Shown here piece after piece: positions 24,213 through 37,050 of a stretch of DNA of 64,000 bases (positions are counted from its first letter, which is position 1; every line of letters begins with the position of its first letter). A program made the translations under genes and the position numbers. The DNA is from Eledone cirrhosa (Eukaryota), in contig OZ024742.1 of NCBI GenBank assembly GCA_964016885.1, positions 30,442,001 to 30,506,000 of the forward strand, given 5' to 3'. A model generated the notes under the pieces. It had not been told where the DNA came from and did no database searches. It worked only from the letters and a program-made list of their open reading frames with translations.

Positions 24213-24616
24213 ATTATAAAACAGAAACTCAGCCACCAAATCAAAGAAAACTCAGGTAACTCCTGTAGATAAAACATCTACAAAATATTGTTGAGAAGGA
24301 TACACAGGAGTGTTTCTTATTACCTTCTACATGGCACCTAGGATTTAAACTCAACTGCAAGCTAACATATCATTTGCTCATGATAAGTATTCCTACTGCT
24401 TACAGTAGAGTGATGTATTTATATTATGGTACCTGTTTAGAATTATGTGGACTGAGTCAAGTGTTGGTTTTAACTATTAATTAACTCTTTGATCATCAAT
24501 CCAATGTTCCATTGATGATTGATCAGTTGTAACTTGTTTCACATAAATCTAATCAGTGAAATTATCAACAATCAGCAACGATTGCTGCCATTTTTCCCAC
24601 GTTGTTAACAATCTTG

Positions 24617-27411
24617 TTAGTCCTCTAATGCTTTTATTTCAATGTTTGGTGTATCAATGGTTGCAACATCAATACGACATGTCGTTACATGGTTCTCAGC
24701 ATGGGTTAACGAAGAGAAGACAGTATTGCACTCACTGCACATAAACACTTCTGGCATCTCCATTAACTGAGCAGCTTGTGCAGCAGCCTGCAGAATATTA
24801 CCTTCTGGGATACCAGACAGGTTTGACATATCAATAACAATGTCATTTTGATTCCCAACTGGAATGGCAATATCTTCTCCAGATTCTAGCTGTTGTTGTT
24901 CTAGTCGAAGACCATCGACCATTAATGTCATTCCCTCACTGATTACTGTTTTATTCTGCTGCCAGGACGTGTCTCCTTTACAGCGAGGCTGATGGTGTTT
25001 TAGTGTCGCAGCACATGAAAATGGTTTGTTGCAATTCTGACACACGTATTTACTGATTCCGGTATGAATGACCATGTGTTGCAGAAGTTTTGACTTGAAC
25101 TTGAATGCTCGATCACAACAAGTACACTTAAACGGTTTCTCTGTGGTGTGGATATGTATCTGATGTTTCATCAACATCGTACGGAAAGCAAACCCTTTGC
25201 CACACTGCTGGCACTTGTGAGGTTTGTTCCCAGTGTGCTTGTTCACATGATCATTGAAATTAGCTTTACTAATGTGCTTTTGACCGCAGTATTCACAAGT
25301 AAATCGATATTTACGTTTGCTAACATCTTTGTGTGTTTCTAAGTGATCCTTAAGTGTATTACTTTCAAAGAAACGCCATCCACATAAGTTACATTGGTGT
25401 TTCTTGATTCCTTCATGACGTTTCATGTGACTACGTAAGTAACGTATGTGATTGAACTGTTTGCCACACTGTTTACACTCGGCTGCTTTCTCTTTTGTAT
25501 GAACAGCTTGTATATGAGTGATCAAATGGTTTCCTTTGGAAAAGAGTTTCCCACACAAATTACACAACTTAGAATCATCTACATGAATCTCTTTGTGATT
25601 AACCAAAGCAGAATAATTTGAAGCCACAAAACTGCACTGATTACATTTCATAGATGCCTTTTTAGGATCAGGTTCTTTAGTAATTTTGTGTATAAAACTC
25701 ATGTGCCAGTTCAATTTGGCAGTTCCTTGAAAGTTTTTACCACATATAGAACAGTAAACTATAGCTAACTGAGGGAAAGGTCCATGTTTTCGAGACAGAT
25801 GGCTCCTTAAGTCAAATAATCGATCAAAGGTCCTTTCACAGACATCACAACGTAGAGGACTTTCGATGTTGTGTACTTTAGTTAAATGTTCAGTCATTTT
25901 ATCAAACTCAGTGACCTGCAAGCCACACAAATGGCAGAGCAGGTCGTAAGTGTGAGACAAGGAAAGTGGTTTTGATTCAGAAGTTTTAGAAGTTTGGTTA
26001 ACATTGCTGCCAACCTGCTTGGCATCAACTTCACTGGTGGATGATGATGATGGTAATGGTCCTGAACCACAATCACCAGCAGTTGATTTAGACTTTGAAT
26101 CGGTTCCATTTTTTACATTGTTCTTTTGTCTCTGTCTTCTTTTTGTGGTGAATAAATCACGTATGGCAGGCAATACAGCAACATCTGACATCACCAATGG
26201 CCTGAACGCACGTGATTTAGGTTTTTTACTAGAATCTTTTGATTTGGAAGGATTGGTAATTAAGGCTGTTTTAGAATCTCTCTTATTATCATTAGTATCA
26301 CTTTCAAGAATTACTTTACTACTATTATTGTTATTATTATTAACATTATTATTCACATTACTATCATCATCACCATCATTAGTGACCTCGTTCGTTTCAG
26401 AACTGCTATTAATTAGCAGAGCATCACCAGTTTTGCCACTGTTAGAACAACTGTTGCCAACCGTTTCCGAAGACGGAGAATCCTCATTGCAGGATAAATC
26501 ATTCAAATCATTTTCAGCATTCATTTTAAAGATTTCATTTTTCTTAGGTTTTCCTACAAGGTGGGAATAATCAATTTTTTTCCCACGAGTTGAGTAACGT
26601 TTGCTATTTGACAGGAAAACATTGGTTTCTGGGGTTATATCGCAGACATCATCAGGATCTTTTTCACAAAAGGATTCTTCGGTAACACTGACATTATTGC
26701 TGCCGTCTTTCCGTGGCCGTCCTCGTTTTCTCTTTACTATGTTAGCACCTGGGCTTTGTACATCTGGTCTGGGTGTGACAACTGGGCTTTGTACATCTGG
26801 TCTGGGTGTGACAACTGGGCTTTGTACATCTGGTCTGGGTGTGACAACTGGGCTTTGTACATCTGGTCTGGGTGTGACAACTGGGCTTTGTTCATCTGGT
26901 CTGGGTGTGACATCTGGGCTTTGTACATCTGGTCTGGGAGTGAGAACTGGGCTTTGTTCATCTGGTCTGGGTGTGACAACTGGGCTTTGTACATCTGGTC
27001 TGGGTGTGACAACTGGGCTTTGTACATCTGGTCTGGGTGTGACAACTTTCTGGACCTTAACATTGCTCTGCTTTAAGCAGCTGTTTAACTTTCGAGGCCG
27101 CCCCCGTTTCTTGGGAGAAGGTACTGGAACCACCAGACTGTCCCCTGGACTTTCAGGAACTTTCTCACTGCTGACTTTAGCTCTCTTTAAACTGGGTTCT
27201 TTCAATGTAACATTCGTATCTTTGTCAGAATTATTTAAGGGCCGTTTGTTCCGCTGACTCGGAGACTGGCTAGAACTGGTATTTTTTGACACTTTATCAC
27301 TTTTACTTAGAATAGGTGAACTCGTTTCACAAATTGGTAAACTTTTCTCTTCTGACAATGAGTCCACTTCAACCTGTATGCCAGCATCCACACAGTTCTT
27401 TGGGTACATAT
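24617..27411 (-). CDS. Terminal exon (exon 10) of AT-hook / multi-C2H2 zinc-finger transcription factor
   Basis: 945-aa ORF; TTCCAG acceptor, phase 1; two RGRPRK AT-hooks; about 11-12 C2H2 fingers with TGNKPHKC and TEKPFKC linkers; stop at 24617. Confidence 0.93.
26750..27046 (-). repeat. Coding 33-bp minisatellite, 9 x VVTPRPDVQSP
   Basis: Unit GGGCTTTGTACATCTGGTCTGGGTGTGACAACT on the + strand. Confidence 0.95.
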
Positions 27412-27554
27412 CTGGAAAATTAAAAGAAAGAAATAATAATAATAATGATGTCACAAATGAGAACTAGAGAACAATAAGGTAAAGCTCTTACAGGACTTCT
27501 TAATTCAGACTGAGATGAAGATTGAACAAGACAAACCAGGTATTGTTGTAATTG

Positions 27555-29205
27555 TGTTAACGACATAGTTTTATGTGGTACAGGACAGTACAGTGTTAAG
27601 GACATAGTTTTATGTGGTACAGGACAGTACAGTGTTAAGGACATAGTTTTATGTGGTACAGGACAGTTCAGTGTTAAGGACAGTTTTATGTGGTACAGGA
27701 CAGTAAGAGTTAAGAAGGTAGTTTTATGTGGTACAATGTTAAGGACAGTTTTATGTGGTACAATGTTAAGGACAGTTTTATGTGGTACAATGTTAAGGAC
27801 AGTTTTATGTGGTACAGGACAGTAAGAGTTAAGAAGGTAGTTTTATGTGGTACAATGTTAAGGACAGTTTTATGTGGTACAATGTTAAGGACAGTTTTAT
27901 GTGGTACAATGTTAAGGACAGTTTTATGTGGTACAATGTTAAGGACAGTTTTATGTGGTACAATGTTAAGGACAGTTTTATGTGGTACAATGTTAAGGAC
28001 AGTTTTATGTGGTACAATGTTAAGGACAGTTTTATGTGGTACAATGTTAAGGACAGTTTTATGTGGTACAATGTTAAGGACAGTTTTATGTGGTACAATG
28101 TTAAGGACAGTTTTATGTGGTACAATGTTAAGGACAGTTTTATGTGGTACAATGTTAAGGACAGTTTTATGTGGTACAATGTTAAGGACAGTTTTATGTG
28201 GTACAATGTTAAGGACAGTTTTATGTGGTACAATGTTAAGGACAGTTTTATGTGGTACAATGTTAAGGACAGTTTTATGTGGTACAATGTTAAGGACAGT
28301 TTTATGTGGTACAATGTTAAGGACAGTTTTATGTGGTACAATGTTAAGGACAGTTTTATGTGGTACAATGTTAAGGACAGTTTTATGTGGTACAGTGTTA
28401 AGGACAGTTTTATGTGGTACAGGACAGTAAGAGTTAAGAAGGTAGTTTTATGTGGTACAGTGTTAAGGACAGTTTTATGTGGTACAGGACAGTACAGTGT
28501 TAAGGACATAGTTTTATGTGGTACAGGACAGTTCAGTGTTAAGGACATAGTTTTATGTGGTACAGGACAGTAAGAGTTAAGAAGATAGTTTTATGTGGTA
28601 CAGTGTTAAGGACAGTTTTATGTGGTACAGGACAGTACAGTGTTAAGGACATAGTTTTATGTGGTACAGGACAGTTCAGTGTTAAGGACATAGTTTTATG
28701 TGGTACAGGACAGTACAGTGTTAAGGACATAGTTTTATGTGGTACAGGACAGTTCAGTGTTAAGGACATAGTTTTATGTGGTACAGGACAGTAAGAGTTA
28801 AGAAGGTAGTTTTATGTGGTACAGTGTTAAGGACAGTTTTATGTGGTACAGGACAGTACAGTGTTAAGGACATAGTTTTATGTGGTACAGGACAGTAAGA
28901 GTTAAGAAGGTAGTTTTATGTGGTACAGTGTTAAGGACAGTTTTATGTGGTACAGTGTTAAGGACATAGTTTTATGTGGTACAAGACAGTACAGTGTTAA
29001 GGACATAGTTTTATGTGGTACAGGACAGTAGTGTTAATGATACAGTTTTATGTGGTACAGAACAGTACAGTGTTAAGGACATAGTTTTATGCGGTACCAG
29101 ACAGTACAGTGCTAAGGACACAGTTTTATGCGGTACCAGACAGTACAGTGCTAAGGACACAGTTTTATGCGGTACCAGACAGTACAGTGCTAAGGACATA
29201 GTTTT
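27555..29205. repeat. Intronic satellite with a near-perfect 27-bp core array and 39/40-bp variant units
   Basis: TATGTGGTACAATGTTAAGGACAGTTT repeated about 20 times at about 27845-28390, flanked by units containing GGACAGTACAGTG. Confidence 0.97.
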
Positions 29206-29211
29206 ACTAAC

Positions 29212-29290
29212 CCCCATCAGTTTGAGTAGTTTTCTCTTCATAGTGTTTTGTGTGTCTTATCTGTTCTGTATTCACATCTCCAGTAATGGC
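29212..29290 (-). CDS. Zinc-finger gene exon 9 (AITGDVNTEQIRHTKHYEEKTTQTDG)
   Basis: TTTCAG acceptor, G|GTTAGT donor, phase 0 to 1 matching exon 10; conserved in the duplicate. Confidence 0.75.
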
Positions 29291-30571
29291 CTGAAAGTGA
29301 AATAGAAGAGAAGGTTATTCCAAATATATGTAGAGAACATTAGATATTGTGTAGAGAAAGTCACAACATGTGTGTGTAGAATAAGTCACATGTGTAGAGA
29401 AGTGTGTATAGAGTAAGTCACAACGTGTGTGTGTGCAGAGCGAATGTAAATACAAAGTCACAATATGCGTGTAGAAAACATGACAACATGTATATATAAC
29501 AGGACAAAAAGAAACCAGTCACCCTGTAATGTGGTCATTTTAGTGCCACGATAAAAAGCACTCAATCCACATTGTAAATGTGGTTAGCATTAGGAAGGGC
29601 ATTCAGTGGTAAAAAGCAAGCCAGAAACAGTTCTGTATGAGCAAGACACGGTCATCTGATCTGACATGTCTCGCAACATCAGGACAACTTGTCTAACCCA
29701 TGCTAGTGTGGAAAAGGGACGTTAAACGGTGATGATGACGATGTAAGTCTCAAAGTGTGTATAGAGAAACTCGCAAGTATGTAGAAAAAGTCACATGTGT
29801 ATACAAAAACATATATGCAGAGAAAGTCACAATACGAGTGTATAGAGAAAGTCACAACACGTATATAGAAAAAGTCACAACATGTATATAGAGAATGTCC
29901 CATCATCATTCAACGTCCACTTTCCCTGCTAGCAAGGTTTCAATGGGTCTACATAGACCAAGTCAGTACTGAAGCTGGGCTACTGACCTCATACAGGTTT
30001 GCATCTCGCTTACGTACGGTCTTACATTCTCCTGAGTACCAGCATAGGCAAGATTGTCATGCCTTTGACACAACTGAAGAGTACTCTCAACCCTTTATTT
30101 AGCAAGCTTTCTACGGCTGGATGTATCAGGTACATTTTTGTGGCACCAATGGTTGAGAGGTTGTTGGTCCTTGTCCCACTGAAAGAGCACCCTCTCTTCT
30201 GTAGGAATTTGGATAGGAGCAATAGGAAAAAGTATGAAGTTATATTAGAGAATGTACAATATGTGACTCTTTGTTTGGCAAGTTTTCTATGGCTGGATAC
30301 TCTTACTATCACCATTTACTTTACAGAGTGTATTGGGTGTGTTTATTGTATAGATCACTAATATTAGAGAGGTTGTTTTGTCTTTGACACAGTTGAAGAT
30401 TCCTCCCAACTATTTGTTTGGAAAGTCCTTGCTAACACCAACCACTTTACAGAGTGTACTGGGTGTATAGCAAAAATGAACAAAAATAAATTTAAAATAT
30501 GATTTTTTTTTTTAAATCAAGAATTGAGTTTCCGAAACAAAATCAAAGAAAATCCAAAATCCAATTCTTAC

Positions 30572-30763
30572 TTTTAATAATAATTCTTTAGTCATTTGTA
30601 GAACCTTCAAGTTTCCAACCAATTCATGTACATGTAGGTTTCCTACTTCTTCGGTACTCCAGACCACTTCTGCACCAGAACGGAGGGCAATATCAGAAAT
30701 CTCAATGTTGCGAAGAGCACCGACACATTTCTCAGACAGCTTGGCAATAACATATTCATATAT
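30572..30763 (-). CDS. Zinc-finger gene exon 8 (IYEYVIAKLSEKCVGALRNIEISDIALRSGAEVVWSTEEVGNLHVHELVGNLKVLQMTKELLLK)
   Basis: TTTTAG acceptor, AAA|GTAAGA donor, 192 nt open, phase 0/0. Confidence 0.78.
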
Positions 30764-31454
30764 CTAAAATATACAGAGACAAAACAGGAGAGAATATAGT
30801 TATAACATATAAAGAAAAAGGGCCCAGTCCACCCTTTATGGTGGTTGTGTTGGTGACGTGACAAAAGGCACCCAGACCACCCTGTAAAGTGGTTGTGCTG
30901 GTGATTTGACAAAAATCGGCCAGTCCATTTGTTAGTTGGTTGTTTTGGTGCCACAATAAAACGCACCAAGTCCTTGCTGTAAATGTGGGAGATATGAGGA
31001 ACTGCTGTAGAAAGCAATCGAGAAACAGTTCTGTATGAGCAAGAGATGGTCATCTGATCTGACTTGTCTGACCCATGCTAGCATGGAGAAACGGACATAA
31101 AAATGATGATGCTAACACTATAAATGAAACGTAAGGGTCAGTCCGCCTCGTGGTCCCAGCCAACAAGATGGAGAAGACATTGCCCCGAAGAATGGGAGGA
31201 GACACGTTAGAACAGTCACTCTACCTTGCGAGGCTCACAGTTGTGAGTAGCCAACTCCACTCGCAATATCAGTTAGTAGGGATGTGGTCCAGGAGCCAAG
31301 AATGCAGAATGTCTCCACTGCTACAGGCTCATCATCAAGCCTATCGGAGAGTGGACAATATATTGAGTTGACTGCAATTTTGTGTAGAATTTCAATAAAT
31401 AAACCATCCCACCTAAGAATTACTGACATGTAGAAAAAAAAAGATGTATATACA

Positions 31455-31652
31455 CGAAAGTAGGCTGAAAAGTTCATAGGCTGACTATGAAGAAATGATG
31501 CTAGAGCTGTGAAATATTGCATGCATTAATTTCAATTCTTTTTATTAATAACTGCATTGTTTCTTTCCAAGGAATTTGTTGAAAAATAAACACCATTTGG
31601 TCATTCCATGAGAGTATCTTGGTCACCCTATGAAATTTTCAGCCAACCCTCG
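31455..31652. mobile_element. Mariner-like MITE (orthologous copy about 58923-59118)
   Basis: TIRs CGA..GT(A/T)GGCTGAAAA(G/T)TTCATAGG / CCTATGAAATTTTCAGCCAACCCTCG followed by TA. Confidence 0.7.
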
Positions 31653-31684
31653 TATATATTTTGAATAAAAAATGAAGTTGATAC

Positions 31685-32082
31685 CTCCAAATCTTTTAAG
31701 GATTGTGTTTGAGAGGTTTCCTCTCTTTCAACAGGAGTTACTTCACTGCCACCATCACAGTCTCTCTCAGGGTTCTCGTTCCCACCAATATCTTCATCCT
31801 GTTCAGCCATGAGAAACGTAGAAGATAGGTCCCCATTGGTTTCGGTCTCGTCTGGTTGATATTTACTTTCAGAGTTTTCCACAATAGATTCCTCTTGTAT
31901 GGTAGACACACTACGCTTCGATACTTTTGAAGAAACAAAGCCAGGACAGATTTTTAAATGACGGGCAAAACTTTTACGTCGTCGCCGTGTTGATCCACAG
32001 ATAGGGCAGTGAAAGTGGTAACGGATTTTATGACAACCTTTCTCAAATTCACAATTTCCATTACAGAGCAGTATTGAATATT
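31685..32082 (-). CDS. Zinc-finger gene exon 7 (Cys/His module plus acidic linker)
   Basis: TTACAG acceptor, GAG|GTAT donor, phase 1 to 0; ILLCNGNC...HFHCPICGSTRRRRKSFARHLKIC. Confidence 0.85.
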
Positions 32083-32119
32083 CTGTAAAATAGAACATGG
32101 ATACTTTGTCATTTATGTG

Positions 32120-32720
32120 AGGAATAATATTCAATTTCTTTGCAAGCAAACAGCCTCGTTACGCTATGTTTAACCAGAACAAACGGATCATCATTTTCAT
32201 CATCATTTCATTTTACGTCCACTTTTCCCTGCTTGCAAGGGTGGGACGGTAATCTAAAAATCATAGTGTAATGAGGCTGTTTGCTTGGATAGCTAGGGTC
32301 ATCTAAAAACATAGTGTAATGAGGCTGTTTGCTTGGATAGCTAGGATCATCTAAAAAACATAGTGTAATGAGGTTGTTTGCTTGGATAGCTAGGGTCATC
32401 TAAAAAACAGTGTAATGAGGCTGTTTGCTTGGATAGCTAGGGTCATCTAAAAAACATAGTGTAATGAGGCTGTTTGCTTGGATAGCTAGGGTCATCTAAA
32501 AAACAGTGTAATGAGGTTGTTTGCTTGGATAGCTAGGGTCATCTAAAAAACAGTGTAAAGAGGGTGTTTGCTTGGATAGCTAGGGTCATCTAAAAAACAG
32601 TGTAATGAGGTTGTTTGCTTGGATAGCTAGGGTCATCTAAAAAACATAGTGTAAAGAGGCTGTTTGCTTGCAAAAGAATCAAATATTATTATTATTATTT
32701 GATATCAAACTCACGAATGC
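32120..32720. repeat. Foldback element whose right arm is amplified into an about 50-bp tandem array (about 8 units; about 3 in the duplicate at 61175-61480)
   Basis: Unit TCTAAAAAACATAGTGTAATGAGGCTGTTTGCTTGGATAGCTAGGGTCA; inverted arm at about 32140-32170. Confidence 0.75.
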
Positions 32721-33520
32721 ATTTATGTATCTGCTATGTTAGAGCAAAAGACCAAATTCTAATTTTGCTTTTAACCCTTTAACATTTAAACCAGCCATAT
32801 CCAGCCAGTTTTCTCTCACCTCTTTCTGTTCAAAAGGACCCAACCAGCCCCTAATACTGACATTAAGGTATTGTTCTCAAAATAAATAATATCAAAATCT
32901 CATAGATTCAATATTATGTGAGAAAATTATGTGAGGTAAAGCCTTTACTGCGAAAATACAATAGTTTATATGTAAATGCTAAAGGGTTAAATATTTTCTG
33001 CTAAATTATAACAAAGTGTTAAGAGCTAATACCACAGATTTTTCAAAACACTAGTACAGAGCCTGTAAATATTTTCATTAATAACCTGTTTTTATATATA
33101 TTCTGCTAAATTATAGCAGGATGTTAAAAGTTAAAACAGCCAAGAAACTCAACTAAACTGCAACCTGATTGGAGGACAGCTAAACTTAGATGTGAGCTAT
33201 AACATGAACAAATAATTCTCATCATACATCTACAAGCTGATCAATAATATAGTAAAAAGAATGGTGGATTTGTAGAATTGGTAGAATGTCGGATAACATG
33301 TCATAGCAATATTTGTTCTGGCTCTTTACATTCTGAGTTCAAATCCCACCGAGGTCAATATTGCCTTTCATCTTTCCAGGGTCAATAAAATACCAGTCAA
33401 ATACTGGAGTTGATCTAATCAATTTCGTCCTTCCCCTAAATTTACTGACCTTCTGCCTATATTTAGAACTCAATAATATGGTAATATAGTCATGGAATAT
33501 ATCTAGTGGAATATATCTAC

Positions 33521-33704
33521 CTTTGTACTGGATCCTTCTCTTCCAATGAGCATAGTAATGATATTGGAGGTGCTGTTGGAAATTTGGTTTGAATTTCTCT
33601 TTCGTACACAATGTACAATGGTATTTATGGCCACAGTTACAGTCGGCAGCGTAACACTTTTCCATGGGTAGATCATTCAGGGTACGTACAATGGACTGGT
33701 GATA
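33521..33704 (-). CDS. Zinc-finger gene exon 6 (YHQSIVR...CYAADCNCGHKYHCTLCTKEKFKPNFQQHLQYHYYAHWKRRIQYK)
   Basis: TTCTAG acceptor, AAG|GTAGAT donor, 184 nt, phase 0 to 1. Confidence 0.85.
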
Positions 33705-34604
33705 CTAGAAGGAATAGTAACATAGTTTAGAGTTACATAAAGCAGACTGGGTTAACATTACTACATGATAGAGACTAAGTTATTCAGGGTACACACAATA
33801 AATTGGTGACACTTCATGAAATATAAACCTCATTTTTAAGGTACATATGGACACTATCATAATCATCATTTAATGATTTAATGTCTGTTCTCGCTGCTAG
33901 CATGGGTTGGACAGGTCATCACAGACCAAGTCAGGACTTAATAAGAGTTACTAGTCTCTCCTGTCTCAGACAACTGTCCAACCCATGCTAATGTTTAAAA
34001 TAGATGTAAAAACAAATGTGATGGCGGTGGTGGTTTTCATACCAACCTGGCCAAAACCAGCTCTGGTTCTACAAAACAAAAAAACACCCATTTTTAAAGG
34101 GTTCCTATTCAAATTCAAATCTTCCAACATAATTTCATATATGAACCATATGTTAAGTTACAGTCTTAGTAATGAAATAATTAATAATTTTAGTAAATCC
34201 CTTAAAATTCTTCATCAATAGAGAGTATATAGAAGAAAGATCATGAAATGATTAACAATTAAACAACCATCTAGACTAACTGATGAATGGATTAGTTACT
34301 TAACTAATAATAAAACTGAAGTGAAACAACTGGTGCATGTTTTTATTAGCAGCATGACCCTACCAAAATATAACAAATTCTATAATAATTTTATGTAACA
34401 CCTTTTAAGTTATGTTTTAAGTGGAACTTTAATAAGAAGTTAGTTATATTACTAAACCTCACAAATTCTTGATTATTTTCAAAATGATTGGCAGAGTCTT
34501 TCATCAGAAACATTACCACACAAACTCCTCCCAATCGAATTAACTTTTACATAAAACTTAATGATTTATTGGGAGGCAAAGGAAAGGACCATTGGTAAGC
34601 TTAC

Positions 34605-34939
34605 CTTTAAACCTTTCACATCTCGAGGATGGGGGACGTTCTCAAGTTCTTTTGAAAGAAGAGATGTAGCCTTTTTCCAGTTGTCTGACAGAGCCCTGGA
34701 ATTGTGAGGTTGTTCCATACAGCGCCATAAATGGTTAATAAGTGGGCTTCGGCGGTTTCGCAGGACATTGCAAACAGGGCAATGGTAATGTGGGCCTGAT
34801 CCTTGGACATCAACTATGGAAGGATCAGCTGAGGGTTCAGAACCCTTCACCTTAGTATTAGGGGTCACAGTATCTGAAGTACTTTTCACATTTGCTGCTT
34901 TATAACATGATTCATCCTTACAAAGGTGGATTTCTTTAC
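34605..34939 (-). CDS. Zinc-finger gene exon 5 (KEIHLCKDESC...HYHCPVCNVLRNRRSPLINHLWRC...)
   Basis: TTTAG acceptor, AAG|GTAAGC donor, 335 nt, phase 1 to 0. Confidence 0.85.
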
Positions 34940-34974
34940 CTAAACAAAGATTAAAGATAGTTTTTAAATAGCAC

Positions 34975-35310
34975 ATGACGATGATGGTGATGGTAATGAT
35001 GATGGTGGTGGTGATGGTGGTAGTAATGATGATGGTAGTAGAGATGATGGTGGTGGTGATGGTGATGATGGTGGTAGTGGTGTTGGTGATGATGGTGGTG
35101 ATGATGATGGTACTGGTAGTGGTGGTGATGATGGTAGTGGTGATGATGATGATGATGGTGGTGGTGATTGTGATGATGATGGTAGTGATGTTGGTGATGA
35201 TGGTAGTGGTAGTGGTGATGATGATGGTGGTGGTGATGATGGTGATGATGGTGGTGGTGATGATGGTAGTGGTGATGATGATGATGATGGTGGTGGTGAT
35301 GATGATAATG
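34975..35310. repeat. Compound (GAT/GGT)n trinucleotide tract (paralogous tract 62856-63191)
   Basis: Directly visible; lies in the intron just upstream of the exon-5 acceptor. Confidence 0.95.
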
Positions 35311-35399
35311 AAAAAAGAGTGAACTTAATCCTATAAATCCAAACCACTTTCTTGCTACCATTAAAAACAGTGGGGAAAAAAATGAACTTCTCAATATTT

Positions 35400-35875
35400 G
35401 TTACCCTAAACCCACTGACTTAGACCTATCAACCTAAACACATTGACTTAAACCCATTACCATAAACACATTGACTTAAACCTATTACCCTAAGCACATT
35501 GACTTAAACCTATTACCATAAACACATTGACTTAAACCTATTACCATAAACACATTGACTTAAACCTATTACCCTAAGCACATTGACTTAAACCTATTAC
35601 CCTAAGCACATTGACTTAAACCTATTACCCTAAGCACATTGACTTAAACCCATTACCCTAAACACATTCAGTTAAACCCATTACCCTAAACACATTCAGT
35701 TAAACCCATTACCCTAAACACATTCAGTTAAACCCATTACCCTAAACACATTGACTTAAACCCATTACCATAAACACATTGACTTAAACCCAATACCCTA
35801 AACACATTACCCTAGACTTAAACCCATTACTCTAAACCTATCCCCCTAAACATATTGACTTAAACTTATTACCCA
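35400..35875. repeat. 28-bp minisatellite (paralogous array 63280-63835, interrupted by a MITE)
   Basis: Unit TAAACACATTGACTTAAACC(T/C)ATTACC(C/A). Confidence 0.9.
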
Positions 35876-35945
35876 GTATACCATCATTATTATTCATTTA
35901 ACATCCATTTCCCCTGCTATAAATAAAGCAATATTAACAACTTAC

Positions 35946-36009
35946 CATATCCTTTGATAGTATTTGGGTATTTTGGATCTGGCACTGAAATACAGCTCTT
36001 ATCTTTGCC
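35946..36009 (-). CDS. Zinc-finger gene exon 4 (GKDKSCISVPDPKYPNTIKGY)
   Basis: G|GTAAGT donor; AAG acceptor chosen because it restores phase 0 to 1; sequence conserved in the duplicate at 63906-63969. Confidence 0.6.
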
Positions 36010-36919
36010 CTTCATAAATAAAAAGGGGCCAAATGAATTACATTGAAACAGTTTCATCACATTGTCAAATATTTGTCAATGAATATTTCTATCTTTGTCC
36101 AGACACAACATCTTTTATAAACAGTTTCTCTGTCATGGTTTCTCTTTATCACTAAACAAAGGTCAGGCAATATTGTGAGGTCTGTCATGTAGTCAGGTTA
36201 GTCGAGTCATGATAGATAGGTCATGGAAAGTAGATCATTCAGGTCAGGTAATAACATGGTCAGGTCATGTAGTCAGGCCAGAACAGAGTCGTCTGTCGGG
36301 TCATGATAGATAGGTCATGGAAAATAGATCAGTCAGGTCAGGTAATAACATGGTCAGGTCATGTAGTCAGGCCAGAACAGAGTCGTCTGTCGGGTCATGA
36401 TAGATAGGTCTTGGAAAGTAGGTCAGTCAGGTCAGGTAATAACACATGGTCTGTCATGTCATTTAGTCAGGTCAGTCGGGTCATGATAAATAGGCCATGG
36501 AAAGTAGGTCAGGTAATAACATATGGTCTGTCATGTAGTCAGATCAGAATAGAGAGGTCAGTTGGATCATGGAAGATAGGTCATAGAAAGTAGGTCAGTT
36601 AGGTAAGTCAGTTACCATGGTCTGTCATGTTATAAAGTCAGAAACATATTATAAAGTCAGTTAACATGAACCTATTGTAGTCATGACAGGTAGGTCAAGG
36701 TAAGTCAGTCAGTTAGGTGAGGGTAGATAGGTCAGTTATGTCACGACAGGTAGGTCAGTTAACATGGATTTATTGTAGTCATATTAGTACTGCACAATAA
36801 TATTTTGATTACTACTGGACTAGGTTTGAACATAAAACCTTTATTTCTAAACTAAGAGTATTAACAATGACACATCACAGCCATGATAGACTTAGAATGA
36901 ATAATTAAAGAGAACATAC

Positions 36920-37050
36920 CATTTTCTTCATGTGTGAATGTAGGTGGAAGGTAAAGGCATGACGTTTGAGCAGCTTTGATGGACAATAAGGACAGTGGTA
37001 ATGTCCAGCAACCTGACCACAAGACCAGAAACATTTCACTATCGTTACAT
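36920..37050 (-). CDS. Zinc-finger gene exon 3 (DVTIVKCFWSCGQVAGHYHCPYCPSKLLKRHAFTFHLHSHMKKM)
   Basis: TTTCAG acceptor, ATG|GTATGT donor, phase 1 to 0. Confidence 0.85.

Noticed and set aside
26004-27257. Plus-strand ORFs of 106-218 aa
   Set aside because: Antisense shadows of the zinc-finger exon and its VNTR
27726-28794. Long ORFs of 234-242 aa on both strands
   Set aside because: Artefacts of a stop-free 27-bp satellite inside intron 9
34951-35394. Poly-His / Pro-Ser / Met-Val ORFs (also 62420-63277)
   Set aside because: Trinucleotide tract upstream of the exon-5 acceptor; frame and length differ between paralogs
35400-35875. CCCTAA-containing array resembling telomeric repeat
   Set aside because: CCCTAA is only part of a 28-bp unit, not a tandem hexamer
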